NCBI GenBank assembly: GCA_963692945.1 | Contig: OY843585.1 | Location: 1,470,001-1,502,000, forward strand | Reading direction: 5' to 3' | Length of the DNA stretch: 32,000 nucleotides | Source of the DNA: Bdellovibrionales bacterium | GTDB taxonomy: Bacteria > Bdellovibrionota > Bdellovibrionia > Bdellovibrionales > UBA1609 | Shown here: piece after piece, positions 9,842-18,461 of the stretch | Layout of the letters: each line of letters begins with the position of its first letter | Numbering within the stretch: the stretch's first letter is position 1 | Made by a program: the position numbers and the translations under genes | The notes under the pieces: model-generated | Told to the model about the DNA's origin: nothing | Databases searched by the model: none | The model's input: the letters and a program-made list of their open reading frames with translations, nothing else

Positions 9842-11236
9842 TCATTTGAATTGATTGACCAAATCTTTAAAATGATTTCCTCGTTCTATATAAGAATCAA
9901 AGATATCAAAACTTGGACAACCTGGAGAAAGAAGAACAACATCCTTAATACGAGATTTATGATAAGCAATAAACACGGCTTCATCAAAAGTTCCAATAAG
10001 AAAAGTTTCTGTATTATCTCCAATGTGGCGATTTATAATTTCTTTGGCTTCCCCTATAAGAATTAAAGTTTTCACTCTCCTACGAATATTTTCTGCTAAA
10101 GGCCTGTAGTTCAAACCTGTATCTTTACCACCCATAATTAAAATCACATTATCCTCAAAAGATTCTAAGGCACGACTAACAGCATGAACATTTGTGGCTT
10201 TAGAATCATTATAAAAAGAAACTCCTCCCACTTTTCGGACATATTCTAAACGATGAAGACTCCCTTTGTATTCATCAATACCCCTTTGAATGTGTTGCCA
10301 AGTTCCCCCATACTCTTTTGCTATTAAAATAGCAGCCATTATATTTTCAAAAGAATGAGGCCCTCTGATCTGAGCGTTTTTTAAATTATAGAACTCTATT
10401 TCAGGAGAAGTTCTCACACAAATCTCTCCATCAATCACAACAGCTCCACCAATATTCATAATTTGTGGTTTAAAACTTTTTTTCCGAGAAAAATAAAAGA
10501 TACGACCTTTTTGAATAGCAGGGTCTCTCGCCAATTCATCTAAAATCACATTATTATCAGCATTTAAAATACTGGTTACTTTACGATGAATATTTGTGAA
10601 AACTTTCTTTTTAGCATTGATGTAATTTTCCATAGATTTATTGTATCTATCTAAATGATTTTGAGCCAAGTTTGTGAAAACAATATGTGAAGGAGTCATA
10701 TTTTGAATATGCTCTAACATAAAACTAGAAGCTTCTATGAGAAGAACATCGGCTTTTTCACCAGCATACAAATATTCGCTTATAGATTGTTTGTAATTTC
10801 CTCCACACCATACTTTAACTCCTGAATTTTTCAAAAAAAGATGAGCCAGTTCTAAAACAGTTGTTTTTCCATTTGTCCCTGTAATCACAACCATAGGTTC
10901 TTTTATAAATTGAGATACAAATTCAAATTCCCCAGTTATTTTGACTCCACACTTTTTTAAATGTTCAAATAAATTTAAATTAGGAGAAACTCCAGGACTC
11001 AAAACAACATAATCTTGTTTAGATAAACTGTTAGGGTTGTTACCTTCTAACTCAATTTTTAAAGGAAGATTAGATATCTCTTCTAAAGAATTAACCAACT
11101 CTGCTTCTGACTTATGATCACTAATTAAAACTTCAGCACCATGACGAGTTAAAAGTTTAGCCAAAGAAATACCTGTCTGACCTGCACCAACAACAGCTAT
11201 TTTCTTACCTTTAATTTGATCTAATTCTGTTAACAT
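9842..11236 (-). CDS. murD: UDP-N-acetylmuramoylalanine--D-glutamate ligase
   Basis: N-terminal Rossmann motif GKKIAVVGAGQTGISLAKLL, Mur ligase P-loop ITGTNGKTT, and its position after mraY. Confidence 0.92.
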   Translation of the reverse strand: MLTELDQIKGKKIAVVGAGQTGISLAKLLTRHGAEVLISDHKSEAELVNSLEEISNLPLKIELEGNNPNSLSKQDYVVLSPGVSPNLNLFEHLKKCGVKITGEFEFVSQFIKEPMVVITGTNGKTTVLELAHLFLKNSGVKVWCGGNYKQSISEYLYAGEKADVLLIEASSFMLEHIQNMTPSHIVFTNLAQNHLDRYNKSMENYINAKKKVFTNIHRKVTSILNADNNVILDELARDPAIQKGRIFYFSRKKSFKPQIMNIGGAVVIDGEICVRTSPEIEFYNLKNAQIRGPHSFENIMAAILIAKEYGGTWQHIQRGIDEYKGSLHRLEYVRKVGGVSFYNDSKATNVHAVSRALESFEDNVILIMGGKDTGLNYRPLAENIRRRVKTLILIGEAKEIINRHIGDNTETFLIGTFDEAVFIAYHKSRIKDVVLLSPGCPSFDIFDSYIERGNHFKDLVNQFK

Positions 11237-11260
11237 AATTTTCTTATTTTATAATAATTC

Positions 11261-12337
11261 CTAACGAATCTTTAAAGTTGCAAAACTAATCACAGCAAGT
11301 AATATAGAAATAATCCAAAACCGAATAATAATTTTAGATTCTTCCATTCCCTTCAATTCAAAATGATGATGTATAGGTGCCATTTTAAAAATTCTCCTAC
11401 CTGTTAGCTTATAAGAAGCCACTTGAAAAACAACTGACAAAGCTTCAACCACAAATAAACCTCCAAGCACAACTAAAAGCAATTCATTCTTTGTCAGAAC
11501 AGATATCACCCCTAAAAAACTACCAAGCCCTAATGAACCAACATCCCCCATAAAAACTTGGGCAGGATAAGAATTGTACCACAAAAACCCTAAACCACAA
11601 GCCACTACAGCAGAACTTAAAACGGTCAACTCTCCAGCACCAAGAATATAAGGCATATTTAAATAGCTAGCAATTTCTGAATGTCCCGCCGAATAAGTGA
11701 AAACAGACAGAGCAGCAGCACAAACAACAACAGGAAAAACAGCTAAGCCATCCAAACCATCTGTGAGATTCACTGCATTTGCACAACCTGTAATGACAAA
11801 AGCTCCAAATAGAAAGTAAAACAAACCTAAATCTAAAGTCACATCCTTAAAAAATGGAAAGTAAAGTTCTGTGGATAAAACATTTTGTTTGCCAAGAATA
11901 TACAAAACCAAAAAAGAAAAAACCATCTCTATAAGAAGTCTCCATCTTGGTCGAATCCCTCTAAAGTTTTTCTTTCTCAGTTTTAAAAGGTCATCCCATA
12001 AACCTATAAGAGCAAAACCAAAGACAATAGATATAGTTCCTAATACCAAGGGCTCTGATAAATCAATCCACAAAAAACAAACTGATAGTAAACCAAAAAG
12101 TATAAAACTACCTCCCATAGTAGGAGTTCCTTTTTTCTTTTGATGAGAATAGGGACTATCACTATTGATATGCTCCCCTAATTTTCTATTTTGAAATCTA
12201 GAAAGAAATAAACCACCCAATAACCAACAAACAAAAAAGGAAGTAAAAAAAGCTAAAAAAGAACGAAAAGTTATATATTGAAAAACATTAAAAATAGGAA
12301 TAGTAGAAGATAAATCAAAGAGCCATTTATAAACCAT
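11261..12337 (-). CDS. mraY: phospho-N-acetylmuramoyl-pentapeptide transferase
   Basis: Polytopic membrane protein with MraY motifs: YITFRS, KKGTPTMGG, NAVNLTDGLDGLA, FMGDVGSLGLG and APIHHHFEL. Confidence 0.95.
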   Translation of the reverse strand: MVYKWLFDLSSTIPIFNVFQYITFRSFLAFFTSFFVCWLLGGLFLSRFQNRKLGEHINSDSPYSHQKKKGTPTMGGSFILFGLLSVCFLWIDLSEPLVLGTISIVFGFALIGLWDDLLKLRKKNFRGIRPRWRLLIEMVFSFLVLYILGKQNVLSTELYFPFFKDVTLDLGLFYFLFGAFVITGCANAVNLTDGLDGLAVFPVVVCAAALSVFTYSAGHSEIASYLNMPYILGAGELTVLSSAVVACGLGFLWYNSYPAQVFMGDVGSLGLGSFLGVISVLTKNELLLVVLGGLFVVEALSVVFQVASYKLTGRRIFKMAPIHHHFELKGMEESKIIIRFWIISILLAVISFATLKIR

Positions 12338-12382
12338 GAGAATTGTTAAAAGATAACCTATTTATTGAAGATGTCAACCTTA

Positions 12383-13792
12383 CTACAGAGTTTTTGTCCC
12401 TGTAAGATCAAAGAAGAGATCCTCTAAAGCGAAACTCCTAGAGGCTTTTATTCCTAATAAACAGCCACTTTTTAAAATCTCTTGGAGATTTTTTAAATAT
12501 TTTCTATCGTATTTATCTGATTGAAAAAACTGCCCTTTAAAACCTTGATCTATCAACGCCTGTTCAAAACTTTTTCCATAATCACCTATAAACCACAAAA
12601 AAGAAGATTTTAATAGTAGAGGGTAAGAAGCCAAATCTTCATGGTATTTTTGAGAGTTCTTCCCTAGTTCTTTCATATCTCCTAATACAAAAACTTTCTT
12701 ACTAAAATCAGCCAATTCACAAGTTTTTAAAAAGGCTTTCATGCTCACAGGATTAGAATTGTAAGAATCAAAAAGAATAGAAGATTTTTGCAAGGAAAAA
12801 TGAAACCACTGCTGTCTTCCTTCAGGCATTTGACACTTAGATATTTGATTCCAAATTTCTTTGGGGTCTAGTCCTGCACTAAGAGCTAAGCTGCAAGCAC
12901 ACATTAAATTATCTAAGTTGTGATGACCTGAAAAAGAAACCAAACTTTTAGAGGAAATCCCACGAATGACACCAGCCACTTCTGAAGACTCAGGAGTCTC
13001 CTTTAAAAATTGCAAATGAACATCAACCTCTTTTTTCTTTTTAGAAAAACAAATGATTTTCTGAGATGAAGCAGAAAGTTCTTGAAACATTTTTTCTGTA
13101 TAAAGATTATCACGATTAAAAATCCAAATGGCTTTGGGGCTTTTAATGTAAATTTGTTTCTTTTCTTTTGCTATATTATCTATGGAGCCAAAACCTTCCA
13201 AATGAGAATCTCCCACCATAGTTACAGCCGATACAAAAGGTTCACACAAAGAAGAAAGAAAGGAGATTTCTCCCGGTGCATTCGCTCCGATTTCTTGAAT
13301 TAAAAAACTATTTTTTTGAGAAACAGATAGTAAAGATAAAGGAACTCCAATAGGATTATTATAGCTTTTAGGGTTGGAGTAAGCAGGCAAGGAAGACATG
13401 AGTGTTTTAGCAAAACTTTTAGTTGTTGTTTTACCATTACTGCCCGTCACAGCAAGCACTTGAATATTGAGTTTCTTTTTCCAAAAAACAGATAAATCTT
13501 GTAGAGCTTTTACAGTGTCTTTGACTTTTACAATGGTTACCTTTTTTTGAGTATTGTTTAAATCTCGTATTTTGTCTTCATCATCTACCACAAAACCTGT
13601 AGCCCCTTGCTCTAAAGCCTGTGATAAAAAATCATGCCCATCTAAATTTTTTCCTTTAAGGGCAAAAAATAAATCTTTTTTTAAAGTTTTACGAGAATCG
13701 GTAGAGATACCAGAGAAACTCTCAACACTTCCTCTTAAGACTTGACCTTTAACAGATTGAATCAATTCTTCTTTACTTAATGACCAACTCAT
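12383..13792 (-). CDS. murF: UDP-N-acetylmuramoyl-tripeptide--D-alanyl-D-alanine ligase
   Basis: DSRK, FFALKG...DGH and VTGSNGKTTTK motifs, in the Mur ligase middle/C-terminal layout. Sits between murE and mraY, with a 4-nt overlap with murE. Confidence 0.9.
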   Translation of the reverse strand: MSWSLSKEELIQSVKGQVLRGSVESFSGISTDSRKTLKKDLFFALKGKNLDGHDFLSQALEQGATGFVVDDEDKIRDLNNTQKKVTIVKVKDTVKALQDLSVFWKKKLNIQVLAVTGSNGKTTTKSFAKTLMSSLPAYSNPKSYNNPIGVPLSLLSVSQKNSFLIQEIGANAPGEISFLSSLCEPFVSAVTMVGDSHLEGFGSIDNIAKEKKQIYIKSPKAIWIFNRDNLYTEKMFQELSASSQKIICFSKKKKEVDVHLQFLKETPESSEVAGVIRGISSKSLVSFSGHHNLDNLMCACSLALSAGLDPKEIWNQISKCQMPEGRQQWFHFSLQKSSILFDSYNSNPVSMKAFLKTCELADFSKKVFVLGDMKELGKNSQKYHEDLASYPLLLKSSFLWFIGDYGKSFEQALIDQGFKGQFFQSDKYDRKYLKNLQEILKSGCLLGIKASRSFALEDLFFDLTGTKTL

Positions 13793-15267
13793 TGAAATCT
13801 CTCTTTTAAATATTTTTTAGCTATTTCTAAATCATCAAACGGAATTTTTCTTTCCCCTACAATTTGAAACTTCTCATGCCCCTTCCCTGCAATTAAAACA
13901 ATGTCTCCCTCTTTAGCAAAGAAAATAGATTCTTTTATAGCTTTTTCACGATCCATTTCAACTCTCACTTTCATTTTTTGAGGATTCTCTAAATCTTTCA
14001 ATCCATCTTTTACAATGTTATCAGGACTTTCAAAACGAGAGTTATCGGAAGTGAAAAAAACTTTATCAGCAAATTTAATAGCCTCTTGAACCATAGGGCT
14101 TCTCTTCTCTTTATCTCTATCTCCTCCACAACCAAAAACGATGATTAGATTTTTATCTTCTTTAAAGGTTTTTAAAGTTTTAAGGACAGAGGCAATGGCT
14201 AAAGGTGTATGAGCATAATCTACAAAAACTTGAAAAGAATTTTTATCATCAGTGACTTTTTGCAACCGACCAGAAACACCTTTGAAACTTTCTAAAGCCT
14301 TTTTACTTTCTTCCAATTTAAATCCTATAATTGTTGCACAGGCTAAGGAAGCAACAGCATTATAAACATTATAATAACCTAATAAAGGAAGTTCAACAGT
14401 TGTTGAACCAAAAGGCGTCTTTAGATCAAAAACAGTTTTGGATAAGTTTTGATCTTTTATTTTAAAATTAAAATCAGATTTTTTAGAACCATAAGTGTAA
14501 CAATTGGATTTTAAATTTTTGATAAGTTTTTGTCCGTAATTATCGTCACTGTTGATTATAGAAAAAAAGTTTTTATCGGAATTATTTATAAATAACTTCT
14601 TTTTTGACTGAAAGTAATCTTCTAAACCGGAATGATAATCCATATGATCCCAACTTAAATTAGTCCAAATAGCCGCTTTAAAATCCACTCCTGCCACTCG
14701 CCTTTGATCCAATCCGATACTGGACACTTCCATCACACAAGCCTTTGCCTCTAAATTTATAAAACTCTCTAATCTTTCAAAAATTTCCAAAGAATCTGGT
14801 GTTGTTAATTGAGCACTCCATTTTTTCTCTTTAAAATGCTGATCTACAGTACCTATAACGGCTGTAGGCCAACCACAAGAATTAAAAATATGTTCTATCA
14901 TATAAGATATAGTGGTTTTACCGTTCGTTCCTGTTACACCTATTGTAAAAAGTTTTTGAGAAGGAAATTGATAGTATTCATTTAAGAGAATGGAAAGGTC
15001 TTTGCGAGTGTCCTTAGATTTTAAAACCAAGCCTTTAAAATCCGAAGGGATTTGAGAAGAATCTTCAACCAATAAAGCCTTCGCTCCCTTTTGAATGGCA
15101 TCCTTTATATAATTATGCCCATCCTCTCTTTGACCTCTTAGAGCTACAAATAAGGATTCGTTTTGAACTTCTTGAGAATGAGTATGAATGGATTTTATTT
15201 CACCAACTTGAATGGAATCAGCATCTTTAATTTGAAAATATTTTATTAAAAAATTTAAAAAACCCAT
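13789..15267 (-). CDS. murE: UDP-N-acetylmuramoyl-L-alanyl-D-glutamate--2,6-diaminopimelate ligase
   Basis: FVALRG...DGH, VTGTNGKTT and the DNSR motif (SDNSRFE, matching the DNPR-type meso-DAP specificity region) are MurE-typical. Confidence 0.92.
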   Translation of the reverse strand: MGFLNFLIKYFQIKDADSIQVGEIKSIHTHSQEVQNESLFVALRGQREDGHNYIKDAIQKGAKALLVEDSSQIPSDFKGLVLKSKDTRKDLSILLNEYYQFPSQKLFTIGVTGTNGKTTISYMIEHIFNSCGWPTAVIGTVDQHFKEKKWSAQLTTPDSLEIFERLESFINLEAKACVMEVSSIGLDQRRVAGVDFKAAIWTNLSWDHMDYHSGLEDYFQSKKKLFINNSDKNFFSIINSDDNYGQKLIKNLKSNCYTYGSKKSDFNFKIKDQNLSKTVFDLKTPFGSTTVELPLLGYYNVYNAVASLACATIIGFKLEESKKALESFKGVSGRLQKVTDDKNSFQVFVDYAHTPLAIASVLKTLKTFKEDKNLIIVFGCGGDRDKEKRSPMVQEAIKFADKVFFTSDNSRFESPDNIVKDGLKDLENPQKMKVRVEMDREKAIKESIFFAKEGDIVLIAGKGHEKFQIVGERKIPFDDLEIAKKYLKERFQ

Positions 15268-15425
15268 GACCTATCCTTAGTATAAAAGAAAGGCTCATAA
15301 TTGTTTAAAGAAATCATTTAATGAAATTTATTTTCGTTAAAGTATATAATAACTTGATTGACTTTTCTATCAAAATCTATTAAAAAAATTTAATATCTAT
15401 TAACATTTTTCTCAAAGGAGTTTTC

Positions 15426-16010
15426 ATGAAAAAGATCTTAATTGTTGCCCTACTTCTTCCTTTTGCTAGCTGGGCAAATTGTCCTATTCCCAAATTACCT
15501 GACCAATTTATTTTAAATGAACGACTTTTGTCATTTTCTACAACCTTAGATATTGAAAGTGAAGGTGAAACTCTTGGCAAAATCACAGAAAGAATTATCA
15601 GTCTAACTCGTTCATTTGATTATGATGACTTTGATGGAAATCGTTTAGCAACTGCAAAAGAAAAAATATTATCTTGGGGTACTCAGATAGACGTGTTTGA
15701 CTGTCAAAACAATAAAATTGGAACAATAAAAGAAAATGTTCTGAAATCTCTTTTAAAATATTACACTACATACTCCATATTAGACTCTGAAGGCAATCAA
15801 ATTGCTTTTTCAAAAAAAACGGAATGGTTAACAACATCCTTAAAATTATATGATAACTCAGGAAAAACTGTTACAACCATTGATCGCCCTATGTTTAATT
15901 TAATGGGTGACAATTGGACTGTAAATATTTCCAATCATAAGACGATTGATCCACGTATCCTTATAGTGATTGCCGCCTATAAAACTAGTGTTGATAATAG
16001 CCGTAACTAA
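15426..16010 (+). CDS. secreted LURP-one-related / YxjI-like (tubby C-terminal-like fold) protein
   Basis: Signal peptide MKKILIVALLLPFASWA. Repeated beta-hairpin-like pattern (LSFSTTLDIESEGETLGKI, LSWGTQIDVFDCQNNKIGTI, YSILDSEGNQIAF, LKLYDNSGKTV). The C-terminal ILIVIAAYKTSVD resembles the end of B. subtilis YxjI, as recalled from memory. AAAGGAG RBS. Confidence 0.55.
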   Translation: MKKILIVALLLPFASWANCPIPKLPDQFILNERLLSFSTTLDIESEGETLGKITERIISLTRSFDYDDFDGNRLATAKEKILSWGTQIDVFDCQNNKIGTIKENVLKSLLKYYTTYSILDSEGNQIAFSKKTEWLTTSLKLYDNSGKTVTTIDRPMFNLMGDNWTVNISNHKTIDPRILIVIAAYKTSVDNSRN

Positions 16011-16046
16011 TAATTGGTGTAATGAACCTAAAATAACCTTTTTTTT

Positions 16047-16207
16047 CTAACTAAAAACAGCATAGAAGTTTTTAGTCATTTCCGAATTAACACGGTAACC
16101 CACAGCAATGATGGCATCCAAAGATGTAGTATTGTGTTTGATAGGTTTTTCCATCACTGGCAGTATGTGCAAAATTTGCACATACTGAGTTGATTTCTTT
16201 TAATCCA
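16047..16207 (-). pseudogene. RhuM-family gene remnant C (frameshifted, no start codon)
   Basis: Hand translation directly after the stop of the 16208 ORF: GLKEINSVCANFAHTASDGKTYQTQYY, then a frameshift, then SLDAIIAVGYRVNSEMTKNFYAVFS*. YNLDAIIAVGYRVNS is the hallmark motif of RhuM (Virulence_RhuM) proteins. Confidence 0.6.
16161..16187 (-). repeat. perfect 13+1+13 nt palindrome inside RhuM remnant C
   Basis: cagtatgtgcaaa-a-tttgcacatactg. The arms are exact reverse complements. Confidence 0.95.
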
Positions 16208-16591
16208 TTAGCTATAGTCTATACAATCACTTACCTCCCAATAAAAGTTTTGAGACATACTAGAGTGACTAGAATCTTCAAAAATATAATCTTCAGAAGG
16301 AACGTCTAAAGTGCATTCATGCTCATAATAATCGTCCTCATTGCCTTTTTCCCAGTATGTAAAACCAAACACACATTCTTCATAATCAAAGTCACAATTA
16401 AAAGTATGAAAGTCAAACCAAACTCCCCCTTCACACCATGTATCCAAACACATATTGCCTATTACTGTAAGCAGCTCCTCTTTACTGTGATCTGATAGAT
16501 CATTTCCGTAAGTCTGTGGAGCAACTAACAGACACAGCATTAAAAAAAGACTTGTAAAATAAACAAGCTTTTTAGATTTTGTTATTTTCAT
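16208..16591 (-). CDS. small acidic Cys-rich secreted protein, no recognised family
   Basis: The ATG at 16591 is preceded by AAAAGGAGG (7-nt spacer). Signal peptide MKITKSKKLVYFTSLFLMLCLLVAPQTYG, then 7 Cys in a D/E/Y/W-rich mature part. The track ORF (to 16651) starts further upstream without an RBS. Confidence 0.6.
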   Translation of the reverse strand: MKITKSKKLVYFTSLFLMLCLLVAPQTYGNDLSDHSKEELLTVIGNMCLDTWCEGGVWFDFHTFNCDFDYEECVFGFTYWEKGNEDDYYEHECTLDVPSEDYIFEDSSHSSMSQNFYWEVSDCIDYS

Positions 16592-16842
16592 TGTAACCTC
16601 CTTTTGGTTTTGAAAATTGTTTACAAAATCTATATGCAAAATCGATTCCATTTCGTTTATTCAAAAAAAATTGTACTTTATTAAATCTTTGCATAAAGTA
16701 AAAAATCTAGTGTTTTTCTAATTTAAGTCGGATGATACGCAAGACATCTCTTGTATTTCCCGCAAGGATTTTCCTTTTCTTGCCTGTTTCTGTAAGCATT
16801 TCTACCTGGGGACAATTTGCCCCTATGTAGATTCCCAACTCT

Positions 16843-17022
16843 TCATCTCTTTTGCGAATCTTCTTTTTGAACTGTTCGGAAATTCCGAACAGTTGAATCT
16901 TGTTCTAATTCATTAGATTCATATATATTTTTTAAATGCTCACTAATTGTTGACTTAGTCACTTCAAATAACTCAGCAATTAAATTTTGTGTCAGCCATA
17001 TTGTTTCATCTTGTAAAAAAAT
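16843..17022 (-). pseudogene. RhuM-family gene remnant A (N-terminal wHTH part, no start codon, premature stop)
   Basis: Hand translation: IFLQDETIWLTQNLIAELFEVTKSTISEHLKNIYESNELEQDSTVRNFRTVQKEDSQKR*. It matches the N-terminal region of RhuM proteins (..VWLTQ.QMAELF......I.EHLKNIF..GEL..). It follows the TAG of the 17023 ORF in the same frame. Confidence 0.65.
16870..16894 (-). repeat. perfect 12+1+12 nt palindrome inside RhuM remnant A
   Basis: aactgttcggaa-a-ttccgaacagtt on the plus strand. The arms are exact reverse complements. Confidence 0.95.
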
Positions 17023-17526
17023 CTAGTTTTTTTCTAATTCAAGTCTTCTTTTTCTAGATCTTCTTTTTACTGCTTCACTGCAACAATTTTTATGAACAAC
17101 CATTCTAGATATTTTATCTTTCCGATTAATGAAAAAAACAAGTTGCCAAGTATCTTCTCCCCAATATTTAGCTCGATCAATGAGATAAGCAGGAATCATA
17201 TCGCTAAAATAATATCCCGTAGGATCTCCAAATTTTTTTCTTATTTCACCTATGTCTATTTCTTTATATTTTTTTTGATTTTTTAAAAGAGAACAAGCCA
17301 TTTTTGCCCTGATGGATTCATCTTTACTAGCTGCTTTAAATTTTTCTAAATCAAAATCTTGGGTTCCCCATCTTTCACAAACTTTTTTAAGGCTCATAAA
17401 CTCTCCCCGATAAAAGTAACCCCTATCTCGTGCTTGAATAAGTAAGACAAACAAAACAAGTAAAACAAATAAAACAACAATCACAATACCTATAGAAATG
17501 ACAAATCTTTTAATAATTTTTTTCAT
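17023..17526 (-). CDS. N-terminally membrane-anchored hypothetical protein (167 aa)
   Basis: One TM helix (FVISIGIVIVVLFVLLVLFVLLI), a soluble domain and a basic tail RRSRKRRLELEKN. AAGG-like RBS. No family recognised. Confidence 0.55.
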   Translation of the reverse strand: MKKIIKRFVISIGIVIVVLFVLLVLFVLLIQARDRGYFYRGEFMSLKKVCERWGTQDFDLEKFKAASKDESIRAKMACSLLKNQKKYKEIDIGEIRKKFGDPTGYYFSDMIPAYLIDRAKYWGEDTWQLVFFINRKDKISRMVVHKNCCSEAVKRRSRKRRLELEKN

Positions 17527-17535
17527 CTATAGCCT

Positions 17536-17685
17536 TTAGCCCGCTGCAATAATAGCATCTAGATTGTAGTATTTAAGAACTCGCTGAACATTGCGAAAAC
17601 CTTCTTTTTGAACTACCGAGAAATCCTCGGTAGTTGATGTTTCTTCTAATCCATTAGATTCAAAATTTGTTAAACAATATTTTTT
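17536..17685 (-). pseudogene. RhuM-family gene remnant B (internal part, no start codon, truncated)
   Basis: Hand translation: KKYCLTNFESNGLEETSTTEDFSVVQKEGFRNVQRVLKYYNLDAIIAAG*. It covers the same part of RhuM as remnants A and C, so it is an independent copy. Confidence 0.6.
17611..17635 (-). repeat. 12+1+12 nt palindrome (one G.U/A.C position) inside RhuM remnant B
   Basis: Plus strand: aactaccgagaa-a-tcctcggtagtt. On the coding (minus) strand the single imperfect pair is G.T, a wobble pair in RNA. Confidence 0.9.
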
Positions 17686-17737
17686 TTATTTCCTTTTCAA
17701 AATCAGATTCTATTTTATTGAAACGTTGTTAAGCAAC

Positions 17738-18406
17738 CTATCTTAATGAAGACAATTTCACCCAATCACCATCTTTATTTTTGATATACCAAAAATCCCA
17801 CCCATTTACGTGTCCACTATCAACAACTGCTTTAGCTGCTCCAGTGGGGGATGTATACAATTTATTCTTATATTTGATTTTACCTGAAGTTAATAATTCT
17901 GCTTTATATTCTTTACCTTTATATCTTTTAAAAAGTGATTTTGAGTTTGTAAAAAATTTTTTTAAATCAGGATGTGTAGTAGCTCTGTTTCTAATTTTCT
18001 TTCTTGAATTTTTTTGACCAAACAGTCTGGCATCTTCTTCTTTCTGTCTTTTTCTTACTAGAGATTGCAGTTCTTTCTTTAAAGTGCTGTCTATATTTTT
18101 TGGCTTTACTCTATTTCCTTTTGGATATGAAATAAGTATAATCACTGACTCAATATCATGGATATGTGCTGATTTACTTGTCAGAAATAAGGAAAAGTGC
18201 GTCCATTGAGCAAAATGACGATCCTTTAAATGTTGCCGAATTCTTCGTTTTAAATCACGTGCTTTACCAACATAATATAATTCATTTTCATCATAAAGAG
18301 CATACACACCATGACTTGTTCCCACGAGCTTAGACAATTCACTAGGGTATCTTTCAAATATCTCTCTTGATACTTTTTCCAACTTACGACTAAACAAAGA
18401 TTTCAT
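17738..18406 (-). CDS. GIY-YIG nuclease-domain protein with C-terminal RAMA/DUF4357-like domain
   Basis: The N-terminal GVYALYDENELYYVGKARDLKRRIRQH is the GIY-YIG core. The C-terminal YTSPTGAAKAVVDSGHVNGWDFWYIKNKDGDWVKLSSLR matches the S.S.AA....NGW.FW......L..LR pattern of restriction-associated RAMA/DUF4357 domains. AAGGAG RBS. Confidence 0.8.
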   Translation of the reverse strand: MKSLFSRKLEKVSREIFERYPSELSKLVGTSHGVYALYDENELYYVGKARDLKRRIRQHLKDRHFAQWTHFSLFLTSKSAHIHDIESVIILISYPKGNRVKPKNIDSTLKKELQSLVRKRQKEEDARLFGQKNSRKKIRNRATTHPDLKKFFTNSKSLFKRYKGKEYKAELLTSGKIKYKNKLYTSPTGAAKAVVDSGHVNGWDFWYIKNKDGDWVKLSSLR

Positions 18407-18461
18407 TAATAACTCCTTATACTTTCACTCTCCACAACGTCACAATCTACAAATTATTAAG

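Noticed and set aside
16161-17635. Interpreting the three hairpins as integron attC sites or as intrinsic terminators
   Set aside because: There is no intI gene and no conserved R''/R' (RYYYAAC/GTTRRRY) pair in all copies. The stems are shorter than and unlike attC bulged structures, and the sequences sit in recognisable RhuM coding context. No U-tract follows any of them on the coding strand, so they are not classic terminators. The cassette-like layout is still reported as a finding.
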